DNA from: Candidatus Omnitrophota bacterium
Lineage (GTDB): Bacteria > Omnitrophota > Gorgyraeia > Zapsychrales > Zapsychraceae
DNA: 64,000 nucleotides
Direction of reading: 5' to 3'
NCBI GenBank assembly: GCA_020429915.1
Contig: JAGQKV010000004.1
Coordinates: 68,833-132,832, forward strand
Position numbers and translations under genes: made by a program. The notes under the pieces are model-generated. The model had not been told where the DNA came from, did no database searches, and was given only the letters and a program-made list of their open reading frames with translations. The stretch's first letter is position 1. Each line of letters begins with the position of its first letter. Below, one piece after another: positions 37,141 through 47,164 of this stretch.

Positions 37141-37451
37141 CGTTCTTCCTCCCCCAGGAATCCGTCGGCCTTGATGACCTCGGTGTATTTAATTTGCAAC
37201 TCATATATCGACGCCGTAAGCAAGCTGTCTTCCTGTTCGTTCAGATTGCCGCGGGTCTTGGCCTGCAGCATCACCAGCGTGTCGATCAGAATGCGGGCTT
37301 GATCCAGGTTCTTTTCCGTACGGCCGCTAATCGGGCTCGGTGTTTCGCCGAGAAAAATGAGCGCCTGCAGTCCGAGGCTGGTGATGTAATTGACAAAATT
37401 GACGTCCACGTTCCGCTGCTTGTCTTCGTGGGCGCCGGACAGGTGATCCAT
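37137..37451 (-). CDS. hypothetical protein (DUF1844-like)
   Basis: 104 aa with an [17 protein letters not shown]-type motif. It has a 4-nt overlap with aroQ. Confidence 0.4.
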   Translation of the reverse strand: MDHLSGAHEDKQRNVDVNFVNYITSLGLQALIFLGETPSPISGRTEKNLDQARILIDTLVMLQAKTRGNLNEQEDSLLTASIYELQIKYTEVIKADGFLGEEER

Positions 37452-37563
37452 AACGACGACGGCTCCGTTAAAATTGCTAACCCTTTGGTTACATTGAAGT
37501 TGGAAACGAACTTTAGACTAACACCTTAAACTCGGCTTGTCAAACCCCCAAAACTTCGATACC

Positions 37564-38280
37564 TCACTCCTCAGGCATCTCCTCCCCGACGACAGTCACC
37601 ACGATCCGGATACTAAAGGTCAACTCCGGATAAGGTAAATTTTTTGGAAATGGCCTGAAGGGAAAGGAATCCTGCACGCTTCGCAGCCCCATTTCTTTCA
37701 GTAAATCACTAGCCTGTGTATTCTGTTCTATAATGCGGATGCCTTTAAGTTCCCCTAAGGAACTAACGATAAAGGATATCCGCATGTATCCCTGCTCATT
37801 ACTCACGTAGGTCTTAATATACTGCAAAGCCTTGGCATTGATCAAACTGCGTAAGGCTGAATGATAATCATTGTAAACCGGATTCTGAATTTTCTCCGAA
37901 GGCACGAGTTCGACAAATGTCTTGCGTTGTCCATCCAGCGTTTTAACGCCAGGGACCCGCTTTTTGTCCAGTGAAACAGGGCGAGAGAACTTCGAGATAT
38001 CTTTAACTTCCTTGTCGAAGACAGTGAAATGGTCGCTTTCTTTGTCTAACACTTTCACGTCCCGGCGGATCTGCTTTTCCTTCGCAATGCTGACCTCCTG
38101 TTTGGGTTTGGGTTCCGGCGGCGGCTCCACCTTAACGGTCTTGACCTTTTGATAGGTTACTTCCATCGTCTTCTTCGGCGGCGGGATCTTGAATTTTCGG
38201 TCGGAATTAAGCGATTTGATCACTGCGAAATGGACGAGACTTGAGGTCAAAAGACAACAGTAAAAGAGAGTGTTTCGCAT
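37564..38280 (-). CDS. TonB-family protein (N-terminal TM, Pro/Lys-rich linker, C-terminal TonB-like domain)
   Basis: VEPPPEPKPKQE linker and a C-terminal beta-alpha-beta domain. Confidence 0.5.
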   Translation of the reverse strand: MRNTLFYCCLLTSSLVHFAVIKSLNSDRKFKIPPPKKTMEVTYQKVKTVKVEPPPEPKPKQEVSIAKEKQIRRDVKVLDKESDHFTVFDKEVKDISKFSRPVSLDKKRVPGVKTLDGQRKTFVELVPSEKIQNPVYNDYHSALRSLINAKALQYIKTYVSNEQGYMRISFIVSSLGELKGIRIIEQNTQASDLLKEMGLRSVQDSFPFRPFPKNLPYPELTFSIRIVVTVVGEEMPEE

Positions 38281-38332
38281 AGAAGTCGATCGGGATCGCC
38301 GTCCCGGGGCTATCCTCAGCGGTAATCGGGTC

Positions 38333-39001
38333 TCAGGATTTGGAAAAAACTTCCTTTAACAGATACGTAAAAAAGCGGATCGTATCGCGGACGGGGCGGA
38401 TATGACTGGCTTCCCCCTGGTAAATGGTCTGAATCGGTACGGCATGAATCGCGAAGCCTTTCTTGGCACTCTTGATCAAAATCTCCGACTCAATCTCGTA
38501 GCACCCGCTGGTGAGCTTGATTGTCTTGAGGACCTCGCGTCCGATGTAGCGGAAACCGCACTGGGAGTCGGGCACCTTCTGACCGCAAACCGTGGAAATC
38601 AGGAAAGACATAAAGCGGTTGGTATATAACCGGACAAACGGCATATCCTTGGCGTTGACCATCCGGTTGCCGTTAATGATCGTATCCGGTTTCACATGCG
38701 GTGAACTGAGGAATTGATCCAGGTCCGCCACGGCGTGCTGTCCGTCGCCGTCCATGCAGATGACCCCGTCAAATTTCTCCCCCAGCACATATTGAAATCC
38801 CTTTTGCAGGGTGGCGCCTTTACCCTGATTGCGCTGATTGGAAAGGACCACCGCCCCCGCCTCACTGGCCTGCAAAGCGGTATTGTCAACGCTGCCGTCG
38901 TCCACTACGACCACATGCAGCCCCTTGGCTTTGACGGCGCCGACCAAGGCCGCAATCGTCTTTGATTCGTTATAGGCCGGAATAAGTATGCAAACGTTCA
39001 T
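38333..39001 (-). CDS. family 2 glycosyltransferase (polyprenyl-phosphate sugar transferase-like)
   Basis: ILIPAYNES and VVDDGSVD motifs, plus a DGD motif (MDGDGQH). Confidence 0.8.
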   Translation of the reverse strand: MNVCILIPAYNESKTIAALVGAVKAKGLHVVVVDDGSVDNTALQASEAGAVVLSNQRNQGKGATLQKGFQYVLGEKFDGVICMDGDGQHAVADLDQFLSSPHVKPDTIINGNRMVNAKDMPFVRLYTNRFMSFLISTVCGQKVPDSQCGFRYIGREVLKTIKLTSGCYEIESEILIKSAKKGFAIHAVPIQTIYQGEASHIRPVRDTIRFFTYLLKEVFSKS

Positions 39002-39003
39002 AA

Positions 39004-39240
39004 TCAGCTGTCGCTTACCGAAAACAGGGCCGCCCCCACCGGGACTTGATCCCCCTCCGCGACGAATGTCTCCGCAATCCGGCCGGCGGCCGTACTGGCC
39101 ACATTGAAAGTAGCTTTGTCGGTGACGACCTCCACCACATCGTCGTCCACGTTGACCGGGTCGCCGGGTTTTAAATGAAAACAGGCCACTGTGGCCTCAG
39201 CGATTCCCTCGCCCAATTCAGGCAGCGTTACGCGTACCAT
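39004..39240 (-). CDS. standalone lipoyl/biotinyl-attachment domain protein (~78 aa)
   Basis: Hybrid-barrel motif VVTDKATFNV with a modifiable Lys. The ORF was trimmed to MVRVTLPELGEG. It lies directly downstream of lipB and overlaps it. Confidence 0.6.
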   Translation of the reverse strand: MVRVTLPELGEGIAEATVACFHLKPGDPVNVDDDVVEVVTDKATFNVASTAAGRIAETFVAEGDQVPVGAALFSVSDS

Positions 39241-39886
39241 GGTACACTCCTTTGTTGTCTGCGTAGACGCGGAAGAACTCATCGCGCACCTTCGCCATGA
39301 CGTCATTCATATCCAAGTTACGTCCTATTATATGAGAAATTGAACTCATTTCAACGTTTAAGCCGCACGGCTTGATCATGCGGAACAGACTTAAGTCGGT
39401 ATTCACGTTGATCCCGATTCCGTGATAAGTAATCCATCGCTTGACCCCGATACCGATCGATACCAATTTGTCCGGCCCGACCCATACCCCGGTCTGACCG
39501 GGCTCCCGCCGGGGCTCAATATCAAACCGACGCAGTACGGCCATCGCCACATCCTCCAGCAGACGCAAATGCCGGTGCAGGTCCCGGCCGTATCGATTCA
39601 GATCGACAATCGGGTACACCACCAATTGGCCGGGGGCGTGCAGAGTCACGTCACCTCCCCGGTCGACCTTGACCAGCTGGACCCCGGCCTTTTCCAATTG
39701 CTCGGGTGACCACAGAACGGTCCCGGGTTTGGTCATCCGGCCCAGGGTCAGGACAGCCGGGTGCTCACAAAAGAGCAGCTGCGACGGGGCTCCCGCGCGC
39801 ACCTCATCGACGGTCTCCAGCTGCCGCCGGTACGCTTGCTGATAATCGATCAAACCCAGATGTGTCACTTGTAATGGGTCGCTCAT
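39218..39886 (-). CDS. lipB: octanoyltransferase (lipoyl(octanoyl) transferase)
   Basis: LipB core GVWV...KLVSIGIGVKRWITYHGIGINV; 222 aa. Confidence 0.85.
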   Translation of the reverse strand: MSDPLQVTHLGLIDYQQAYRRQLETVDEVRAGAPSQLLFCEHPAVLTLGRMTKPGTVLWSPEQLEKAGVQLVKVDRGGDVTLHAPGQLVVYPIVDLNRYGRDLHRHLRLLEDVAMAVLRRFDIEPRREPGQTGVWVGPDKLVSIGIGVKRWITYHGIGINVNTDLSLFRMIKPCGLNVEMSSISHIIGRNLDMNDVMAKVRDEFFRVYADNKGVYHGTRNAA

Positions 39887-40036
39887 AAGGCCCTGTCTCC
39901 GCCGGAGATTGTGTCATTAAAAATTAACCCCGCCTATCATATCAGATAAACGGGGCTAATGTAGAAGTGTTTTAAATCGGCACCTACGACATATCAACCT
40001 CGGTTTTTTTGCCAGGCGATTTGTGATTGTGCACCG

Positions 40037-41104
40037 TCAATAGTCAGCGGAACGCTTGAGCAGCTGTTCGAATTCCTGCAGATTCTTCACCTGCATGATG
40101 GCATCCTCATAGGTAATAATGCCTTGTTCGTAAAGGACCTTCAGGGACATGTCCATCGTATGCATGCCGTACTGCACACCGGTCTGTATAGCCGTCGGGA
40201 TTTGCTCCACGGCACGCTCCCGGATCAGATTCCGTACCGCCGGTGTGGCTACGAGGACCTCTGAAGCCATGACCCGGCCCTGCCCCGAAGCCCTGGGCAA
40301 CAGGGTCTGAGAAACGATGCCTTGCAAAGCCGCGGACAACTGCAGGCGGACCTGTTGTTGTTGATGCGCCGGGAATACGTCGATGACACGCTCAATGGTC
40401 TGGGCGGTATCGGGGGTGTGAAGAGTGGCCAGAACAAGGTGGCCTGTTTCCGCCGCCGTCAGGGCAGTTGAAATCGTCTCTAAATCCCGCATTTCCCCGA
40501 CGATAATAACATCCGGATCCTGACGCAGACAGCGTTTCAGGGCTTCCGAGAAGGAATTGGTGTCGCTGTAAATCTCGCGCTGTTTGATAACAGCCCGGTT
40601 ATTCCGGTGAACATACTCAATCGGGTCCTCGATACAGATGATCATGCACGAGCGCTCGGCATTGATGACGTTGACCATCGATGCCAAGGTGGTCGTCTTC
40701 CCGGACCCGGTGGGACCGGTAATAAGAACCAACCCGCTGGGCTTGCGCGCGAAATCCAGAATGGCTGGCGGCAACCCCAAATCATCAATGGTCGGGATAA
40801 AGCTCGGGATACGCCGTAGCGCGGCCTCGACCGACCCCTTCTGCATGTGTACATTAACCCGGAATCGCTCCAACCCCTCCATAGACAGCGAAAAATCCAA
40901 TTCGCGGTCCTGCTCAAACTTTTCTTTTTGAGTATCGGTGAGGATTCCGTAGATACACTTTTTCAATTCTTCACGAGTGAGCGTTGATCCGTCCGTCAAC
41001 ATAAGCTTTCCGTCGATGCGCAGAATTGGCGGGCTGTTCTCGGTAAGGTGGAGATCGGACGCCTTACGGTCAATACACAGTTTGAGAAGCTCTTTTAGAT
41101 CCAC
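40037..41104 (-). CDS. pilT: type IV pilus retraction ATPase PilT
   Basis: GPTGSGKTTT Walker A and the PilT motif AVRNLIRE; 355 aa. Confidence 0.85.
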   Translation of the reverse strand: MDLKELLKLCIDRKASDLHLTENSPPILRIDGKLMLTDGSTLTREELKKCIYGILTDTQKEKFEQDRELDFSLSMEGLERFRVNVHMQKGSVEAALRRIPSFIPTIDDLGLPPAILDFARKPSGLVLITGPTGSGKTTTLASMVNVINAERSCMIICIEDPIEYVHRNNRAVIKQREIYSDTNSFSEALKRCLRQDPDVIIVGEMRDLETISTALTAAETGHLVLATLHTPDTAQTIERVIDVFPAHQQQQVRLQLSAALQGIVSQTLLPRASGQGRVMASEVLVATPAVRNLIRERAVEQIPTAIQTGVQYGMHTMDMSLKVLYEQGIITYEDAIMQVKNLQEFEQLLKRSADY

Positions 41105-41135
41105 GGGAGACTCCTAGGTAGAACGTTAGATGGAA

Positions 41136-42314
41136 TTAGGAGTTATTCTTGATCCACTCGGCGATACGCTTGACGCCCTCTTCGATCCGTTCGTTAGAGG
41201 TGGCATAACTCAAACGCATGTAACCGGGAGCGCCAAATCCTTCACCAGGGATAATCGCAACGTTGACCTCCTCGATGATGCGTTTGGCGACGTCAAAGGA
41301 AGAACCTAACTTGGAGAAGTCACAGAAAACGTAGAATGCTCCTTGCGGTTTAATATAGCTAACTTCGGGAATGCTGTCAAACAGAGATGTGATTAAGTCC
41401 CGACGCGCCTGGAAAATATCCCGCATAGCGTCTACTTTTTCCTTAGGTTCCCGGAGGGCTTGCAGAGCGGCTGCCTGGCTGATGGAGCAGGGGTTGGAAG
41501 TGGAATGATCTTGCAGTTTTTTAACGTATTCCATGATCTCTGCGTTGCCCGCCGCGTATCCGATTCGCCATCCGGTCATGGAATAGGCCTTGGATACGCC
41601 GTTAACGGTAAAGGTGAGTTGGTAGATATCCTCGTTGAGTGAGGCTATCGAGGTGTACTCAGGAATGTCATAGATCAGCTTTTCATAGATTTCGTCACTG
41701 ATGACCCAAATCTTGTTCCTGACACAGATTTCGGCCAAGGCTTCCAACTCCTCTTTGGAGTATACCATACCCGTTGGGTTGGAGGGAGAGGCCAGAATGA
41801 GCAGCCGGGTCTTGTCGGTCACGGCCGCATTCAGCAAATCGGGGTTAAGTTTAAATTCCGTAGCGGCCGTGGTCTCCACGAACTTGGGCGTGGCACCGGC
41901 GATCTTGACCATTTCTGGGTAACTAACCCAATACGGCGTCGGAATAAGGACTTCATCCCCTTCGTCGCAGAGCACCTGGATGAGATTGAATATCGAATGC
42001 TTGGCCCCGCACCCTACCACGACCTGTGAGGCCTTATAATGCAAGCCATTCTCTTCTTTGAACTTACGAACGATTTCTTCGCGTAACTGGGGGGTGCCGA
42101 CGCTCGGCGTATACTTGGTCTGGCCGGCGGTGATGGCCTGGATGGCGGCTTCCTTGATGGTATCCGGAGTATCGAAATCAGGCTCGCCTCCGGCAAAATT
42201 GACGACATCCTTGCCCTGCGCCTTCAATTCCTTGGCCTTGGCCGTGATGGCGAGCGTGGATGATCCGAGGACTTGACTGATTCTCTTATTGATGCTCAGC
42301 GCTGTCGTCTCCAC
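41136..42314 (-). CDS. aspartate/aromatic aminotransferase (PLP class I)
   Basis: STLAITAKAKELKAQGKDVVNFAGGEPDFDTPD N-terminus and the SKAYSMTGWRIGY PLP-Lys region. The ORF was trimmed to the GTG at 42312-42314, right after the rplQ stop. The longer ORF-track N-terminus is Pro/Arg-rich shadow that overlaps rplQ. Confidence 0.8.
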   Translation of the reverse strand: METTALSINKRISQVLGSSTLAITAKAKELKAQGKDVVNFAGGEPDFDTPDTIKEAAIQAITAGQTKYTPSVGTPQLREEIVRKFKEENGLHYKASQVVVGCGAKHSIFNLIQVLCDEGDEVLIPTPYWVSYPEMVKIAGATPKFVETTAATEFKLNPDLLNAAVTDKTRLLILASPSNPTGMVYSKEELEALAEICVRNKIWVISDEIYEKLIYDIPEYTSIASLNEDIYQLTFTVNGVSKAYSMTGWRIGYAAGNAEIMEYVKKLQDHSTSNPCSISQAAALQALREPKEKVDAMRDIFQARRDLITSLFDSIPEVSYIKPQGAFYVFCDFSKLGSSFDVAKRIIEEVNVAIIPGEGFGAPGYMRLSYATSNERIEEGVKRIAEWIKNNS

Positions 42315-42315
42315 T

Positions 42316-42921
42316 CTATTTCCCTGATGATTTGCGGTTAAACATTTTCCGGATACCGCCGACGATTTTCTTCTTATCTTTGCCCTTATCCTGGCTGATG
42401 GCCCCTTGAGAGTCATCCTTAATGGAGTCCCTCTTCTTGTCCTTGACTTCGGCGCTCTCTGCCTGGGCTGCTTCCTGCGGTTTGGCCTCGATCGCCTTGG
42501 AGGCCTTGACCTCCTTGGACTTGTCGGCGGCCACCGAGGATTTGGCCTTGCTGATGATGGTGCGCGATTTGTCGACCAACTCCAGATAGGCCAATTGCGC
42601 ATTGTCGCCGCGTCGGTTGTTGGCCAGGATGATCCGGGTGTATCCGCCGTTACGCTTTTCGAAGCGCTTGGCGACGTTATTGAAAAGGTCGCTGACCACA
42701 CCGTGGTCGCAGATAATGGCAAACGCACGCCGCTTATCGGCTAATGTCCCCTTTTTGCCCATGGTGATTAATTTGTCCACCAGCTTGCGCGCCTCTTTGG
42801 CCTTGGCCTTAGTGGTGCAGATTCGCTCCTGGATCAGGGTGGCCTTGGCAATATCGCGGATTGTGGCCTTGCGATGTGCTGTTTTTCGGTTTAGGGTGTT
42901 GCCTGCAATTTTATGTCTCAT
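42316..42921 (-). CDS. rplQ: 50S ribosomal protein L17 with ~75-aa Lys/Ala/Glu-rich C-terminal extension
   Basis: L17 core plus the tail AKSSVAADKSKEVKASKAIEAKPQEAAQAE... Confidence 0.9.
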   Translation of the reverse strand: MRHKIAGNTLNRKTAHRKATIRDIAKATLIQERICTTKAKAKEARKLVDKLITMGKKGTLADKRRAFAIICDHGVVSDLFNNVAKRFEKRNGGYTRIILANNRRGDNAQLAYLELVDKSRTIISKAKSSVAADKSKEVKASKAIEAKPQEAAQAESAEVKDKKRDSIKDDSQGAISQDKGKDKKKIVGGIRKMFNRKSSGK

Positions 42922-42931
42922 GATCCGTTCT

Positions 42932-43933
42932 CTACATTTCGTCTTTTTTAACCTGCCGCAGTTTCTTCTGGTCGACCTTCATACCCAGGCTCAGCCCCAT
43001 GACCTTCAGCAGTTCATTGATTTCCGTAAGGGATTTTTTCCCGAAATTGCGGAACGTCAGCAGTTCGGATTCCGTTTTCTTGACCAACTCGGCGATTGTC
43101 TTAATGTTGGCGTCCTTCAGACAATTGGCGCTACGCACCGACAGTTCGAGTTCCGAGATCGGCAAACGAAGCTTTTCGTAAAGCGATTGCTCTTCTGCTG
43201 AGATTTCCTCTTCTTCTTCCTCTTCCTCCGGCAATTGCCCGTAGCACACAAAAACATCCAAATGGCGTTGCAGAATATTGGCCCCGTACAACAAGGCCTC
43301 TTTCGGATTGATCCCTCCGTTGGTGCGGATTTCCAGGATCAAACGGTCGTAGTCGGTACGCTGGCCGACGCGCGTGTTTTCCACCTGAAAATTAACCTTG
43401 GTGATCGGCGTAAAAATCGAGTCGACCGCGATCCAATCGACGGTCGCGTCCTTTTTGTTCATTTCGGCCGGCACATACCCGCGACCGCGGGAAACTTCCA
43501 TCTCCACGCTCAAGTTAGTCTCACGCGAGAGAGTGGCGATCTGCAGGTCGGGATTAAGTATCTCAATAGTCTCGTCGCAAATAATATCCGCCGCCTTGAC
43601 GTCACCCTTCTTTTCAGCCTTGATATAAATCGGCTTGGGAACCTTGGAGTGCGAACGGATAACCAGTCTCTTGATATTGAGGATCATCTCTGAGACAGAT
43701 TCCATCACACCCGGGATCGTCGAAAACTCATGACGGGCACCCTCGACTTTTATAGATGTGACGGCGCTTCCTTCGATAGATGACAGCAGAATGCGACGCA
43801 GGGAATTGCCCAAAGTAACCCCATATCCTTTTTCGAAAGGCTCGGCGATAAATTTTCCGTAAGTATCGGTATATTCCGCTTCAACACAATCCAGCCTTTT
43901 GGGCATTTGAAAATCGCGCCACTTAACTCCCAT
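42932..43933 (-). CDS. rpoA: DNA-directed RNA polymerase subunit alpha
   Basis: 333 aa with NTD and CTD; acidic EEEEEEE linker. Confidence 0.95.
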   Translation of the reverse strand: MGVKWRDFQMPKRLDCVEAEYTDTYGKFIAEPFEKGYGVTLGNSLRRILLSSIEGSAVTSIKVEGARHEFSTIPGVMESVSEMILNIKRLVIRSHSKVPKPIYIKAEKKGDVKAADIICDETIEILNPDLQIATLSRETNLSVEMEVSRGRGYVPAEMNKKDATVDWIAVDSIFTPITKVNFQVENTRVGQRTDYDRLILEIRTNGGINPKEALLYGANILQRHLDVFVCYGQLPEEEEEEEEISAEEQSLYEKLRLPISELELSVRSANCLKDANIKTIAELVKKTESELLTFRNFGKKSLTEINELLKVMGLSLGMKVDQKKLRQVKKDEM

Positions 43934-43964
43934 AGATTCCTCCTTGCAGGGTCAATAAACCTGA

Positions 43965-44576
43965 TTATTTCGAGTAAAGCTCAACGATCAGCTGCTCGTT
44001 GATGGGGAATTGAATGTCTTCCCGGACCGGCAATTTGAGCACAGCCCCTTTATAATTCTTTTCGTCAAGCTTGACCCATCCCTTACGGGTCAGGTCTTTG
44101 TTGCGCTCGAGTATCGCGTCAAAGAGCGCCTTGGTTTTGTCCTTGATTTTCAGCTCAATCTCATCGCCTTCCTTGACTTGGTAGGAGGGAATGTTCACCC
44201 GTTGGCCGTTCACTTTTACCAGACCGTGGCTGACAAACTGACGCGCTTGCGGCCGGGTGGTGGCGAATCCCATACGGAAAATCACATTATCCAAACGACG
44301 TTCGAGCAATTGCAACAACACACTACCGGTAATCCCTTTGGAACGGGCCGCCTTTTCGTAGTAGCGGCGAAACTGGCGCTCGAGCACTCCGTAGATGCGC
44401 TTTACCTTTTGCTTTTCTCTCAGCTGCAACCCGTAGTCGGACAACTTTACCCGGCGACCTTGTCCATGCTGACCCGGCGCATACGGACGGATATCAAAAT
44501 CATACTTTTTCGGCCCGAAGAGGTTGACCCCTTCGCGTCGGCATAAGCGATATTTCGGTCCGGTGTATCTAGCCAT
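43965..44576 (-). CDS. rpsD: 30S ribosomal protein S4
   Basis: MARYTGPKYRLCRREG N-terminus. Confidence 0.95.
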   Translation of the reverse strand: MARYTGPKYRLCRREGVNLFGPKKYDFDIRPYAPGQHGQGRRVKLSDYGLQLREKQKVKRIYGVLERQFRRYYEKAARSKGITGSVLLQLLERRLDNVIFRMGFATTRPQARQFVSHGLVKVNGQRVNIPSYQVKEGDEIELKIKDKTKALFDAILERNKDLTRKGWVKLDEKNYKGAVLKLPVREDIQFPINEQLIVELYSK

Positions 44577-44596
44577 TAATCATTCTCCCTTTCGCA

Positions 44597-45013
44597 CTAT
44601 ACGCGTCGTTTCTTACGCGGCCGGCAACCATTGTGCGGCAACGGCGTAATGTCCTTAATTGATGTTACGTTCAGTCCGGCGGCCTGGATGGCGCGAATAG
44701 CCGACTCTCGCCCGGAACCGGGCCCCTTAACCAGCACATCGACCGTCTTCAATCCCAAATCCTTGGCTTTCTTGGCCGCGTCACTGGCCGCCACCTGCGC
44801 CGCGAACGGCGTCGATTTCTTGGATCCGTTAAAACCGACGACACCCGGAGTGGACCAAACGATGGTATTGCCTTCCTTGTCGGAAATCGACACGATGGTA
44901 TTATTGAATGTGGCCAAAATGTGCGCCACACCCGAGGTTACCCCCTTCAGCGCCTTCTTTTTCTGTTTTTCTCTTTTCCGTGCAGCCTTGGTGGTCGGTT
45001 TTGGTTTAGCCAT
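44597..45013 (-). CDS. rpsK: 30S ribosomal protein S11
   Basis: ORF track; S11 core. Confidence 0.95.
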   Translation of the reverse strand: MAKPKPTTKAARKREKQKKKALKGVTSGVAHILATFNNTIVSISDKEGNTIVWSTPGVVGFNGSKKSTPFAAQVAASDAAKKAKDLGLKTVDVLVKGPGSGRESAIRAIQAAGLNVTSIKDITPLPHNGCRPRKKRRV

Positions 45014-45040
45014 GAAATACGGTCCTCTTAGTGTTTAGCG

Positions 45041-45415
45041 TTATCTTTTCTTGGTCTTCGCGCCGATCGATGGTTTACGCCCCTTACGAGTCCGGGAGTT
45101 GGTTTTGGTCCGCTGCCCCCGTACCGGCAGGCCGCGACGGTGACGTATGCCACGGTAAGTGCCTAATTCCATCAGACGCTTAATATTTTGATTCACTTCG
45201 CGACGCAGATCACCCTCGGTCACGTATCGGTTTTGGATAATATTCGTCAACCGGCTGACTTCCTCATCTGACAACTCCTTGGCCCTGCGACTGGGATCGA
45301 TATTAGCCTCCCGCAGGATGTCTAGGGAACGTTTCGGTCCGACGCCGTAAATATACTTCAATGACGCTTCGATTCTCTTTTCTTTGGGAATGTCTACCCC
45401 GAGTATTCTTGGCAT
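45041..45415 (-). CDS. rpsM: 30S ribosomal protein S13
   Basis: [11 protein letters not shown]-terminus. Confidence 0.95.
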   Translation of the reverse strand: MPRILGVDIPKEKRIEASLKYIYGVGPKRSLDILREANIDPSRRAKELSDEEVSRLTNIIQNRYVTEGDLRREVNQNIKRLMELGTYRGIRHRRGLPVRGQRTKTNSRTRKGRKPSIGAKTKKR

Positions 45416-45421
45416 ACCTCT

Positions 45422-45538
45422 TTATCCTTGTCTTTGTTTGTGCTTGGGGTTGCTGCTGCAAATGACGCGCACGACGCCCTTACGCTTGATAATCTTACAA
45501 TTACCGCAAATTCTTTTGACTGACGATTTTACTCTCAT
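45422..45538 (-). CDS. rpmJ: 50S ribosomal protein L36
   Basis: Hand-translated [38 protein letters not shown] (38 aa, Zn-ribbon C-x2-C ... C-x4-H). It is below the ORF-track cut-off. Confidence 0.9.
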   Translation of the reverse strand: MRVKSSVKRICGNCKIIKRKGVVRVICSSNPKHKQRQG

Positions 45539-45539
45539 A

Positions 45540-45758
45540 CTATTTCATCCTGTACGTTATTCTCCCCCTGTTCATATCGTAAGGGGAGAGTTCCAATTTC
45601 ACCCGGTCTCCGGGTAGGATCTTGATATAGTGCACCCGAATCTTTCCGGAGATATGCGCCTCGACCATGTGCCCGTTTTCCAGTTCCACCCGGAACTTGG
45701 CATTGGGCAAGGCTTCCTTGATCACACCCTCAACTTCAATCAGATCTTCCTTGGCCAT
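45540..45758 (-). CDS. infA: translation initiation factor IF-1
   Basis: [30 protein letters not shown]. Confidence 0.95.
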   Translation of the reverse strand: MAKEDLIEVEGVIKEALPNAKFRVELENGHMVEAHISGKIRVHYIKILPGDRVKLELSPYDMNRGRITYRMK

Positions 45759-45759
45759 G

Positions 45760-46527
45760 CTATGATCGATATTCGGTTAAAACTTCCGGACCCGCGTCCG
45801 TAATTGCCACCGTATGTTCAAAGTGGGCCGAAGGCTTGCCGTCGGCCGTACTGACGGTCCAGCCGTCATCCAGGATCTTGGTTTCCCATCTTCCCAGATT
45901 GACCATCGGTTCGATCGCGAAGACCATACCTTCCTTAAGTACCGGCCCTTGGTGCGGCGGCCCGTAATTCGGAATCTCCGGATCTTCGTGCAAATTCTTA
46001 CCGATGCCGTGCCCCACAAAATCTTTCACGATCGAAAAATTATTCGATTCGACGTAACGCTGGATGGCGGCCGAAATATCCGACAGATGATTATGCGGCC
46101 GGGCTTCCTCAATGCCGCGATACAGCGCATCTTGTGTGACGCTCAGCAGCCTTTGTAATTCCGGCGTAATCTTTCCGACCGGAAGCGTCATGGCAGTGTC
46201 GGAATAATAGTCCCTATAAATGATGCCGACATCCACGCTGACAATGTCTCCGTCCTTCAATATGCGGTCCCCCGGGATCCCGTGTACAACCTCATGATTG
46301 ACCGAGAGGCAGACACATCCGGGAAAGCCGCGGTATCCCTTGAAAGCCGGAATGACTTTGTGCTGGGCAATTAGTTTTTCGGCATTTTCATCGACTTCTT
46401 TAGTCGTGATGCCGGATTTTAAAGAGCTGCTAAGTTCATGAACGATCTCTGCAAGGATGCGCCCACCCTCACGAAGAATGGCCAACTCGTCCTTAGTCTT
46501 GATACTAATTGAGCTTGGCTTGTTCAT
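45760..46527 (-). CDS. map: methionine aminopeptidase type I
   Basis: M24A motifs. The start is probably at [11 protein letters not shown]. Confidence 0.9.
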   Translation of the reverse strand: MNKPSSISIKTKDELAILREGGRILAEIVHELSSSLKSGITTKEVDENAEKLIAQHKVIPAFKGYRGFPGCVCLSVNHEVVHGIPGDRILKDGDIVSVDVGIIYRDYYSDTAMTLPVGKITPELQRLLSVTQDALYRGIEEARPHNHLSDISAAIQRYVESNNFSIVKDFVGHGIGKNLHEDPEIPNYGPPHQGPVLKEGMVFAIEPMVNLGRWETKILDDGWTVSTADGKPSAHFEHTVAITDAGPEVLTEYRS

Positions 46528-47164
46528 CAAAAAATTCAATCAGTTCTTTCTCCAAATCTTCGGAATCCTTGGCGCCGTTCATTTTCGTCAAAATACCCTT
46601 ATCTTCATAATACTGCACGATCGGCAGGGTATTTTCGAGGTAAACTTTCATCCGCTTGCGGACGGTTTCCTCATTGTCGTCAGGACGCTGAATCAAAGGC
46701 TCCCCGGATTCGTCGCAATACCCTTCCCGCTTCGGCGGTCGGTTGGTGATGTGATATACCCGGCCGGACTTGGGGGCCACCCGGCGTCCTGTGATTCGCC
46801 TGATAATTAAGTCGAGATCCGCGTCCAGGTACAACGCGGCACCCAACGGGCGTCCGATCTGGTTGAGCAACGTGTCCAGGCTTTCGGCTTGCGCGCGTGT
46901 TCGCGGATAACCGTCGAGCAGATAACCGGTCTTTTCGGGCGCGGCTTTTAACTTATTGGCCAGCAGCTTGGTCACCAGATCGTCGGGGACGAGCTCACCT
47001 TTTTCCACGTAACTTTTGGCTTCCAAGCCGAGTTCGGTCTGCTGCTGCATTTCTTCGCGCAATAAATCTCCCGTGGAAATATGCAAAAGATCACGGCCGT
47101 CTTTTAACAAGCCGGCCAAAGTTCCTTTCCCCGCTCCCGGAGGCCCCAAAAGGACGATGTTCAT
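46505..47164 (-). CDS. adk: adenylate kinase
   Basis: GPPGAGKGT P-loop; 219 aa. Confidence 0.95.
   Translation of the reverse strand: MNIVLLGPPGAGKGTLAGLLKDGRDLLHISTGDLLREEMQQQTELGLEAKSYVEKGELVPDDLVTKLLANKLKAAPEKTGYLLDGYPRTRAQAESLDTLLNQIGRPLGAALYLDADLDLIIRRITGRRVAPKSGRVYHITNRPPKREGYCDESGEPLIQRPDDNEETVRKRMKVYLENTLPIVQYYEDKGILTKMNGAKDSEDLEKELIEFFDEQAKLN

Noticed and set aside
42315-42728. Pro/Arg-rich 130-aa N-terminal extension of the aminotransferase ORF
   Set aside because: It overlaps rplQ in another frame and has shadow-ORF composition. A GTG at 42312-42314 immediately after the rplQ stop gives a canonical aminotransferase N-terminus.
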